Assembly: GCF_009914755.1 (NCBI RefSeq)
Contig: NC_060945.1
DNA: 64,000 nucleotides
DNA from: the human T2T-CHM13v2.0 reference genome, Homo sapiens
Direction: 5' to 3' (one strand)
The stretch's first letter is position 1. Each line of letters begins with the position of its first letter. A model generated the notes under the pieces. The model did not search any database. It was given only the letters and a program-made list of their open reading frames with translations, and was not told the DNA's origin. Below, piece by piece: positions 48,650-64,000 of this stretch. The position numbers and the translations under genes are program-made.

Positions 48650-49814
48650 TCACCTGTCATCCACCTAACATTGTTCTAGAAGGAATATGTAATGAATGAT
48701 TGAACTTTCCTTCGCATATTTGTACACACCATTGTTTCTAAGAAATAAAGCCACATTGCAGCAACTAACTAATTAAAGAGAATGAATGAATGACAAGGAT
48801 TTCTAGAAAAGCATGTTTCCAGATCTCTGCATATAAGCGAAGTGCCTGCCTAGGTTTCTTTGTGATTCTCTTGGTATAAATGAATTCAGAAGGTGGGAAC
48901 TCTTTTATTATCTAGTTATATCATAAAGATGATAGAATACTTCATAAGATTTAAATGTCTAAATGCACAGAATATGCTTTTAAATTAATTATCCTCACAT
49001 GACAGTTGGGGGAATATCCAGTAAAATTATCGGAAACCAAAATTCTTACACAGCAGTTCGAGAAATGAAATAGAAAAGTGTTGTGAAAGAGAGTAGCAAA
49101 TGGGACATGTGCCAAGTGGGCAAATGAGGGTCTAAGTCAACATATTTTACTCCAGAATTTTCTCCTCACCACATTTCTTCTCATTCTGGTCATTGGCAGT
49201 CTGTGACAACAATACTTCCTGAAAATGTGTTGCAGCTGTAGAGTAATTCCATAGCAGATTTATTTTCCTTTGGCACTTTTTGTAATTGGCATTGAGGAAA
49301 CATACAAGAATTATTCCTTATCTTTTTTACGTTGGCAAGTTTTATATTGTTTAAACGATTTCTTTAGTTGTGTAAAATATCATTTGGTAGAATATTAGAA
49401 GAAGTTTGGGCTTTCAAGTTTGTTGATTTGAGTGAGAGGTATATTGACCAGTTTTAGCACAAGATAGAATTTAATTATCTTGGCTACTTAGGAAAAAATA
49501 CACACAGAGATACATACACACAGACAAGCAAATATCTTCAATAGTATCATATCTAATGTATATGTTTTCCTTAGAGCCTTAACTGAAACATACATGCTAA
49601 ATTTTATACAGATATTTTATCTCAATATACACAAGTTACATATGTGGATATAATATGAAGTTGAAAATCCTGAAGATAACCATATGTGATGAGTTTATTG
49701 TTAAGATCAGAAAATACGAATGTTCTGAACTCCACAAAAACTCGGCAAATGTAATTACAAAAAACGCAAAAATGTTCAAAAGTGTATTTACTAAACTTTT
49801 TAGTATTACTGTTG

Positions 49815-50776
49815 TTTTTATTCTTTTTATTGATATATATCAGAGTTGTATATATTTTAGGGGTACATGGGATAGTTTGATACATGTATGTAATGTGAAA
49901 TGATCAAATCAGGGTTACTGGGTAATCTATTTTTTCCTTGTATTGGAAACACTATAGTTCTTTTCTAGCTATTTTGAAATATACAATAAAATATTAACAA
50001 TAAATTAGAACTTATTATTTCTGTCCAACTGTGTTATTTACTATTAACTAATTCTTTTTCATCCTCCCTACCCCTCTCACACTTTGATAACCACCATTCT
50101 ACTCTCTATCTCAAGGAAATCCACTTTCTTTGCTCCCCCATATGAGTGAGAACATGGAATGTTTGTCTTTCTGTGCCTGGGTTATTTCACTTAACATAAT
50201 GACATCCAGTTCTGTTTATGTTGCTGCAAATGACAAGATTTCATTTTTTTATGGCTAAATAGTGGCCAGCAAGAATACAAAAACAGTGCTCACTATTACC
50301 AATCATCAGGGAAATGCAAATCAAAACCACAATGAGATATCAACTCATCCCAGTTGGAATGGCTATTATTAAATAGAAATAAATAAAATATGTTAGCTAG
50401 GATGCAAAGAAAGGGGAACGCTCATACACTGTTACGGGAATGTAAAGTAGTACAGCCATATGGAAGACAGTATAGAAATTACTCAAAAACAAAACAAAAT
50501 AAAACAAAACAAAAAAAGCCTGTAATCCCAGCAGTTTGGGAGGTGAAGGCCGGCAGATCGCTTGAGGTTAGGAGTTCGACCAGCCTGGTCAACATGGGGA
50601 AACACTATCTCTACTAAAATTACAAAAATTAGCTTGGCGCGGTAGTGCATGCCTGTAATCCCAGCTACTTGGAAAGCTGAGGCAGGAGAATTGCTTGAAC
50701 CCAGGAGGTGGTGGTTATAGTGAGCCGAAATCATGCCAATGCACTCCAGCCTGAGTGGCAGAGCAAGACTCTGTCT

Positions 50777-50812
<36 letters not shown>

Positions 50813-51000
50813 ACGATGTAATCCATCAATCCCATTACTGGCTATATATCCAAAGAGGGGAAATCAGTATATTAAAGACATATCTGCACTCCCATATTCA
50901 TTGCAGCAATATTCACAATAGTGAAGCTATGGAATCAACCTAAGTGTCCATCAACAGATAAATGGATAAAGAGTATCTATATGTATATGAGTACATATAT
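49815..51000 (-). mobile_element. L1MA with a 5' inversion (3' part on - at 49815-50263; inverted part on + at 50264-51000)
   Basis: Orientation flips at ggctaaatagt|ggccagc; the two parts are adjacent in L1 coordinates. Confidence 0.8.
50518..50807 (+). mobile_element. AluS, slightly 5'-truncated
   Basis: Begins gcctgtaatccc; long pure A tail. Confidence 0.9.
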
Positions 51001-51019
51001 GAAAAAATATATATGAATC

Positions 51020-54000
51020 CTAAACTTTGTAAGAAATTAGTATAGTTTTAGGCTTACAGAAGAACTGTGAGGGCGACAGAGTTTTCATGTGCACCACACT
51101 GAGTTTTTATTGTTGCAAACATTATACATTAGTATGGTAACTTTTTTTACAATTAATAAACAAATACAAGTATATTATTTTAACAGTAGTCTACACTTTA
51201 TTCAGGTTTCCTTGGCTTTAGATTTCTGTCCCAGGATCCCATCAAGAATAAAATTACATTTTTCTGTCATGTCTCCTTAGGCTACTGTGGGCCATGACAA
51301 TTTCTTAGAGGTTTTCTGTTTTTGATGACTGATATGGTTTGACTGTGTCCCCACCCAAATCTCAACTTGAATTATATCAGTAGAGTGGAGAGTTGCTGAA
51401 AAGATACCCAAAATATGTAAGCAACTTTGGAACTGCATAACAGGCAGAGGTTGGAACAGTTTGGAGGGCTCAGAAGAAGACAGGAAAATGGGGGAAATTT
51501 TGGAAAGCATGATTGGTTCTGAAATGTGAGGACACGAGATTTCGAGGGGTTGAGGTGAAATGATATGGTTTGGCTGTGTCCCCATCCAATCACTTGTTGA
51601 ATGGCTTTGATAAAATGCTGATAGTGATATGAACAATAAGGTCCAGGGTGAGGTGGTCTAAGATGGAGATGAAGAACTTATAGGGAACTGGAGCAAAGGT
51701 GATTCTTGTTATGTTTTAGCAAAGAGACTAGTAGCACTTGTCCCTGCCCTAGAGATCTGTGGAATATTGAACTTGAGATTATTTAAGATACCTGGCAGAA
51801 GAAATTTCTAAGCAGCAAAGCATTCAAAAGGTGACTCGGTGCTGTTAAAAGCATTTTGTTTGGGAAGGGAAACAGCATAAAAGTTCAGAAAGTTTGCAGC
51901 CTGACAATGCAGTAGAAAAGAAAAACCCATTTTTTTGTGGAGAAATTCAAGCCAGCTGCAGAAATTTGCATAAGTAGCAAGGAGGCTAATGCTAATCCCC
52001 AAGACCATGGAGAAGATGTCTCCAGGCCATGTCAGAGACCTTCAGGGAAGCCCCTCCCATCATAAGCCCAGAGGCCGAGGAGGAAAAAGTGGTTTTGTGG
52101 GCCAGGCCCAGGGTCCACATGCTGTGGACTTGGTACCTTGTGTCCCAGCTGCTTCAGACGTGGCTCCAAAGGGCCAATGTAGAGCTTGGGCTGTGACTTC
52201 AGAGGGTGGAAGCCCTAAGCCTTTGCAGTTTGCACATGGTGTTGAGCCTGTTGGTGCACAGAAGTCAAGAATTGAGGTTTGGGAACCTCCATCTAGATTT
52301 CAGAAGATGTATGGAAACTCCTGGATGCCCAGGCGAGTTTGCTGCAGGGGTGGGGCCCTCAGGGAGAACCTCTACTAAGGCACTGTGGAAGGGAAATGTG
52401 GGGTTGGAGCCCCCACACAGAGTCCCTACTTGGGCACTGCCTAGTGGAGCTGTGAGAAGAGGGCCACCGTCCTCCAGACCCCAGAATGGTAGATCTACCG
52501 ACAGCTTGCACCATGCACCTGGAAAAGCCACAGACACTCAGTGCCAGCCCATGAAAGTGGCTGGGAGGGAGGCTGTACCCTGCAAAGTCACAAAGGTGGA
52601 ACTGCCCAAGACCATGAGAACCCACCTCTTGCATCAGCATAACCTGGATGTGAGAACTAAAGTCAAAGGAGATCATTTTGAAGCTTTAAGATTTGACTTC
52701 CCCACTGGATTTTGGACTTGCAAGGGGCCTGTAACCCCTTTGTTTTGGCCAATTTCTCCTATTTAAAACAGCTGTATTTACCCAATACCTGTACCCCCAT
52801 TGTATCTAAGAAGTAACTAGTTTGATTTTGATTTTACAGGCTCATAGGTGGAAAGGACTTGCCTTGTCTCAGATGAGACTTTGGACTGTGCACTTTTGAG
52901 TTAATGGTGGAATGAGTTGAGACTTTGAAGGACTGTTGGGAAGGCATGATTGGTTCTGAAATGTGAGGACACGAGATTTCGAGGGGTCAGGGTGGAATGA
53001 TATGGTTTGGCTGTGTCCCCATCCAAATCACAACTTGAATTGTATCTCTCAGAATTCCCACATGTTGTAGGGGGCACTCAGGGGGAGGTAATTGAATCAT
53101 GGGAGAACAGTCATTTCCATGCTATTCTCATGATAGTGAATAAGTCTCACACTATCCAGTGGTTTTATCAGGGGTTTCCCCTTTGCTTGCTCCTCATTTT
53201 CCCTTGCTGCTGCCATGTAAGAAGTGCCTTTTGCCTCCCGCCATGATTCTGAGGCCTCCCCAGCCATGTGGAACTGTAAGTTCAGTTAAACCTCTTTTGC
53301 TTCCCAGTCTTGGGTATGTCTTTATCAGCAGTGAGTAAACAGACTGATGCAATGACCTGAGAGTTTTGAGGGGGTACTCATCATGTACTTCGCAGAATGC
53401 TCAATCAGGTTTTTTCTAATGCTTTTCTCATCATAAGACATAGGTTATTGGTTTTTAAAAGGAAGACCACAAGGTAAAGTGTAATTCTCATCACATTACA
53501 TTAAAAGTAGATACTGTAAGTATAATCTACCACTGATTTTATTGTGTATGTTTAAACTGTACAACATGTCTTGATATACATAGTGAAATAATTAGCATAA
53601 TCAAGCAAATTAATGTATCTATCACTTTACATTGTTTTTGCGTGTGAGGTAAGAGCACCTAAAATGTATTACTGTTGATGTTAATCTTGATCACGTAGCT
53701 GATAGAGTTTGTCATTTTCCTTGACCATAAACTTACTTTTTTCCCCCTTTCTACACTGTAGTCTTTGGGAGGAAGTCACTGCACAGCCTACATTTAAAGA
53801 ATGAGGGCTTATTCTCTACCTCCTTGAGGGCAGAGTGTAATGTAGATACTCATCTATGTTACTTTTACTCTTTATGTAAATTACTTCGAAATTTTCTGCA
53901 TCAGAGATTTGTCTCTTCTCTCCTATTTGTTTATTCATTTATTTATATTGCAACATATTTGTATGGACTCACAAATATATTTCTTAAGCTGGGGTTTATA

Positions 54001-56905
54001 TTCAGTATTTAACACTATTTTGTTTTTCAAGGTGTTCTAGCTTTGGCCATTGGGAGCTATTTTAGTTGGCTCCTGTGTCTTTTGTGTGTCTTTGACACAA
54101 TTCTATCATTGTGAGTATTTCTGTTTGTTTGTTTTGGTTTTTTGCACTTGCTTGCCTTCTACCCCTACAAGGTATTCCAAGCACATCTCCTATATTTCTT
54201 GACTCAATCCTAGAACCAGCCACTTCTCCAAAGATTCATGGTTCCTTTTAACAGAGAATAGTATTAGGAACCAAGATCTAAGTGCTAAGTGGGCTTATTG
54301 CTACTTCAGTGTTGATGCTTCCAGACTATGTCAACTGACAGAGAAAAAAAAATGTGTGAGTATATTAACCCATGTATATACACATATTAATAAATATATC
54401 TATATTTCTATAGCCAGAAATATCTATATTAAGCAAAATGTAAGTTCATACTGGTGTATTGAAGTCTACTGTAATAACACATGGATAATTCCAGCCGTAT
54501 CTCCTTGGTCACTGCAATCTCTCGTTCCAAAAGTAAGAAAACTGCCTGTCAGCCACTGTCAGACAATCATTTATATAGTTGTTCAACTCCATTATGTTTG
54601 TATAGTGGTATGAGGATTGTTAATCTGTACCCCTGTGTAAACACCCTTTTCAACTAGAATATGGTGCTTATGTAGTTTCTTTTGCCTTTACTATTACAGA
54701 CTCATCTCCATTTATTTTCAAAGTTACTTATGTCACCACTGTTATCCTCCACTCCCTTCAGATAAGATATTTCATACATTTGTAATACAGTTAGATATTT
54801 TTTGTCTCAGCCTGAATTCCATCTTGGAGTCTCCTGACCTCTAAATGACTTTTTAAAAAATCTGTGTAAGGTTAGGTTTACTTTTTGTTTTGTAAAGTTC
54901 TGTGGATTGCAACAGACTGATAGTGTATGTACTCAATATTTCAGCATCACACAGAATAATCTCAGCTCCCTAAAAAACCTCTGTGTTCCATCTCTTCACT
55001 ACTGTCACCCATCCCACAAACCCCCACTGAATGCCTGGCAACCACTGGTATGTTAAGCATATCTATAGTTTAGCCTTTTTAAAAAATAGCATATGAATAT
55101 AATCATATGGTAAGTAGCATTTTCCAGCTGGATAGTTTTCCTTAGCAATATGCATTTAAGATTCACCCATATCTTTGCATGGCTTGACACTTCATCCTTT
55201 TTTATTATTTAATAGTATTTCATTGAATGGATTTTTTGTATTATGCTTATCTATTTACTTATTGAAGGACACTCTGGTTGCTTACAGTTTTTGGTGATTA
55301 TGAATAAAAATACAATAAACATAGCTTTGTTAAGAAATTGTCAAACTGTTTTCCAGGGTGGCTGTATCATTTGCAGTTCCACTAGCAAGAATGGTTGCTC
55401 AGCCTCCTTCCCTGTGATTGATGTTATCAGGTTTATTTGGGAGACAGGAGGGAGCTCTTAGCCGCAGTCCAACAGTTGTGTAGTGGTATATCATCATTGT
55501 TTTCATTTGAAGCAAATTTTCAAGCAAATGATGTATCATTTTCTTAGGTGCCATCTGTTACATTTAGTAATGTAACGGTTTATATATTTTGCTCATTTTT
55601 AATTGGGTCTTTTGGTTTAATATTGCTGACTTTTAGTGTTCCTAGCATGCTTTGGATACTACTCATTTATCAGATATATTTTGCAAATGCTTTCTCCACG
55701 TGCATGGCTTCACTTTTTATTCTATCAACAGTCACTTTCACAAAATATTTCATTTTTAATGAAATAGAAGATCAATATTTTATTTCATTAATCATCCTTT
55801 TGTTGTTTTATCTAAAAACTTGTCATCAAATTCAAGGGCATGTAGATTTTGCCCACGTTTTCTTCTAGAGCTTTTATAGTTTGTCATTTTACATTTAGGT
55901 CTATGATGCATTTTAACTTAATTTTTCAGTAAAGTGTAAAGTCTGTGTTTAGGATTATTTTATCATATGACCATCCAAATAAGTCTATCTTTACTCCATT
56001 GAACTGAATTTTTGCCTTTGTCAAAAATCAATTGACAATATTTGTGTGGGTCTAGTATGCTTTATTCTATTGATTCACATGTTTTGTTTTGTTTTGTTTT
56101 TCCTTTGGCAAACTACACTGTCTCAATTATAGTTGCCTTATAGTAAATTTAAAAATTGGGTAGTATGAGTCCTCCAACTTTGTTATTCTTTTTCAGTACT
56201 GTGTGGGATATTCTAGAGCCTTTGCTTTTCCATATGAACTTCAGAAAACTATTATATCTACAAAATAGTTTTCTGGGTTTTGACTGAGTTTGCATTGAAT
56301 CTATAGATCAAATTGGCAAGAATTAACATCAAATATAAATATATGTATATTTTTTATTTAATTTCAAATTTAATTGTTTATTATTGGTATTTAGGAAAGC
56401 AATTGACTTTGTACATTTAAAATGTACCATGCAATGTGCTATACTACTCATTAGTGACAGGAGTTTTTTGGTGGATTCTTTGAGGTTACTTACATAGACA
56501 GTTACATCATTTGTAATGAAAGACGGTTTTATTTCTTTCCTTTTCATAGTTTATAAATAGAATTTATTTTAATGTCATATTGCACAAACTAGGACTTTCA
56601 GTATGTTGTTTAATAGCATGGGAAAACATCTTTGCCTTCTTCTGAATCTTAGGAGAAAAGTGTTCAGTGTTGTAAGTTAAGTATGATGTTAATTGTAGGT
56701 TTTGTGTAAATGTATCTTATTGAGGTGAGAAAATTCCCCTTTTACCCTAGGTTTTCTGAGATTCATTATCATAAATGAGTGTTGAGTTTTGTCAAATGCA
56801 TTTTTGATATCAACTCATATAATCATATACTTTTTTCTTTAACATGTTGATATGGTGGATTACATTTATTGAATATTTAATGGTGAATCACTCTTGTATA
56901 CCTCA
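51020..56905 (-). mobile_element. L1MD/MC-type 3' UTR and ORF2 remnant hosting THE1A and a short L1MA (53536-53670)
   Basis: cccaggatcccatc...gtcatgtctccttaggct...gatgac, resuming after THE1A as ctgagagttttgagg. Confidence 0.75.
51330..53351 (+). mobile_element. THE1A provirus-like element: 5' LTR stub (51330-51373), internal region, intact 3' LTR (52998-53351)
   Basis: THE1A features (caacttgaattgtatctc, tttatcaggggtttcc); perfect 5-bp TSD atgac (51325-51329, 53352-53356). Confidence 0.92.
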
Positions 56906-57312
56906 ATCCTTCATTTGTGTTGCAATGAAAAAGGGATGTATTGTTATTGGTCTGTTTCACTTTGTTACGATATATGGTTGTCCATACTGTCTACTCATGC
57001 CCCAATATCTTGTAGATATTTAAAAAATAAAACAGCTCTTTAAATTTTTCCTATACCCTTGATTTGTTGAGAGTTTAATGAAGAAACAGAAAACACTTTG
57101 AATATTTTAAGCAAGAAAGAATTCATTAAAGTAAGTAAATGCTTACAAATTTATTGACAGAGGAAAAGGAGCAAAAGTCAGGGACGGCCAATGAAGTATA
57201 GATCTCTCACAGCGGTTTCCATAGAAGAACGTTAATTAGTATAGTGACTAATAATAATAAAAATAGCTAATCTTTTTCAAGAATTTACCATGTGACAGAA
57301 ACATAGATCTAG

Positions 57313-57659
<347 letters not shown>

Positions 57660-57704
57660 TCAAGGTAGACCAAGACCAGTAGATTAAAACAGAAATCAGA
57701 GATG

Positions 57705-58075
57705 TGCTATGGTTTGGCCCTGTGTCGCCACCCAAATCTCGTCTAGAATTGTAATCCCCAACTGTTGAGAGAGGAACCTGGTGGGAGGTGATTGTATCGT
57801 GGGAGCCATTTCCCCTGTGCTGTTCTTGTTATGGTGAATGAGTTCTCATGAGATCTGATGTTTTTAAAGTAGCAGTTTCCCCTGTGCACACACACACTCT
57901 CTCTCCTGCCACCTTGTAAAGAAGGTACTTGGTTCTCCTTCACCTTCCACCATAATTGTAAGTTCCCTGAGGCCTTCCCAGCCATGCAGAACAGTGAGTC
58001 AATTAAACATCTTTCCTTTATAAATTACACAGTCTCAGGCAGTTCTTTATAACAGTGTGAAAACGAATTAATACA
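57705..58075 (+). mobile_element. THE1D-like solo LTR
   Basis: tgctatggtttggc...ccttgtaaagaagg...ccataattgtaag...aattaataca. Confidence 0.85.
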
Positions 58076-58214
58076 AAACTTCAATTTAACAATTAAATCA
58101 TGTGATAAATACAGTCCTCTCATCGTGTTGCTTAAAATTAGGGATCAGAATCTCAACGAGAGGAATAGAAATATTGCCTGATTTCAGACGAACACCCCCT
58201 TGTATTAATTTCCA

Positions 58215-58425
58215 GAAGTCAGAAACTATAGTCTATAAGCCAAAATTGGGCTCACCATGTGTTTTTATATGGCCAGCAAGCCAAGCATAGTTTCTTTATT
58301 TTTAAGTGATTGCATTTTAATGTATTATAAATGCTTACATCATATCCTCAATTTTGTCTCCTGGACCACAAAGCCTAAAATATTTACTACATGAATCTTT
58401 AAGAAAATAGTTTGCTGATCTCCTG
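58215..58425 (+). mobile_element. MER58-family hAT MITE
   Basis: cacaaagcctaaaatatttact...agtttgctgatctcctg. Confidence 0.65.
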
Positions 58426-58664
58426 ATTTAGTCTACCAAACTACAATTAGTGTTGTTTTCATTTTTGTTCTCTATATGCATGTTGCCATTTTTACACTTC
58501 TTCAGAAAAACATTGAGAATTTTTCTACACTCACTATTTCCATTTGTGCCTAAGGACAACTTTTTCTTTTTCTTCTCTTTTTTTTTGAAGAAATTTGTTT
58601 ATGAACTTAGATAAAATTTATAGCTTTGCTTGAAAATTTGGTACTTACTACCTTTGCAATTCTC

Positions 58665-62674
<4,010 letters not shown>

Positions 62675-62759
62675 TAACTATAGGGCGCTGACCTCCTTTA
62701 TTTATTTTTGACAGCTTACAATTGTCAATTATTTCTCTGATCCTTTAAAAGGTAGTCTT

Positions 62760-63453
62760 CCCTTAAGGGAAGGGGAGCATGCAGACGGACAGGTGCAGGA
62801 GACAGAATGAGTGCTCCTGGTCTCTAGCCCCACAGCAGCGTCCAGGAGTGGGTGCCTGCAGCTCCGAAATCACAATGGGGTGAGTGTTACAGTGCACTCT
62901 CTTAGATTTACCATCTATGGATGGCTTAAGTGTTAACCAGCTCAATGTCCTCTTGGTATCCAGGTCCTTGTCTGACATCCAGGAAGAATCAGGTCACACA
63001 AGGACTTGAAGGATGAATGCAGGAATGCAGGGGTTTTATTAAGTGGTGGAGGTGGCTCTCAGCAGGATGAATGGGGAACTGAAAAAGGGATGGAGTGGGA
63101 AGCTGATATTCCCCTGGAGTTGACAATCCAGCAGCTGATCACCTCTCTGACTGCCCCCAGCCGATTCCTATTGGCGTTCAGGTGCTCCTTTTCTTCTCTC
63201 TGCCCCATTTTCCTGCCATCCTTCTGCTCTTCTGTTAGTCCTCTCGTCTGCTTGTCTGCTTCTGGAGCCTGGGGTCTGGGACTTATATGGGTACAGAATA
63301 GGGGGTTGTGGCAGGCCAAAAGACAACTTTTGGGTGCCAAAACAGGAATGTCTGTTCCCATTTGGGGCCACAGGTTTCCAGGCTTGAGGGCAGGGTCTTT
63401 GCCAGGGAACCGCCCTCTTCTACCCAGTATTTCCCTGTCTCCTGTCCATATCA
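62760..63453 (-). mobile_element. MER50 ERV1 LTR (5' ~690 bp)
   Basis: Minus strand starts TGATATGGACAGGAGACAGGGAAATACTGGGTAGAAGAGGGCGGTTCCC. Confidence 0.85.
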
Positions 63454-64000
63454 GTAGCTGAGATTTCTAAGGCTGGTATTTTAAAGGGGTTGAGGTAACC
63501 CTAGGGACATGGTCCAGGATCACCATGGCTAGAGTGTGATCAAGTTTTGGTGTGCTGGGTTGAACAGAGACTTTTGCAGTTCTCACCCAGTTCCCATTAT
63601 ACTAAAGTTTACTGTACTTATCTACCAACTTGTTGACTTTCTTGTCCAACTTAACACTTGGAGTGTTAAGATTGCAGAAGCATCTGGAACCCCAAATATT
63701 CTTTGAGGAATTTTCTTTGTACTGATACAGTCTGTAATATCTGGTGTACCCACCTACTATAGGTTGTGTTTCACAGGGATCACGTGGGTTTTTAGGGGCA
63801 TATAGCTGAAAGTGGACTCAAGTACAGAGAGTCACTATTTGTGGCCTCAAACCATTGTTTCCTTCTTAGATGTAAGATTTTTCCTTATGTGTTTATTTAC
63901 AGACTCCTTCCTCATTTTTTTTTCCTTAGGAAATTTCTAACTTTTTTTTACCTTCCATGCTTTCTGTTGAATGCATTCCTTTATTTATTTATTTTTTATT

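Noticed and set aside
51989-52766. Overlapping 129-aa and 186-aa ORFs, also echoed at 7572-8295
   Set aside because: Broken MaLR internal ORF remnants common to THE1 copies; the similarity is family homology.

Overview
AT-rich, repeat-dominated primate (most likely human) non-coding DNA, either intergenic or deep intronic. I found no supportable protein-coding exon, RNA gene or CRISPR array; the ORF track consists of decayed L1 ORF2, MaLR-internal, Alu and microsatellite frames. Most of the window is nested transposons: L1PA/PB/MA/MB-MD, THE1/MSTA/MLT, LTR12, MER39, MER50, Alu, MIR, L2 and DNA transposons. Subfamily names come from remembered consensus sequences, not from a RepeatMasker run. 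I see no new biological system. The best signals are rearrangement scars readable in the sequence. (1) Three insertions copied from local templates: 13383-13717 into 37476-37815, 32331-32505 into 33878-34055, and 52944-53030 into 51506-51591. (2) A post-AluY deletion-inversion that splits a MER50 LTR at 62531-62782. (3) Two THE1 elements broken at the same quasi-palindromic internal site. (4) A twin-primed L1. (5) An 18-bp perfect inverted repeat in unique DNA. There is also an intact, CpG-rich solo LTR12 promoter candidate and a very young AluYa5-lineage insertion.
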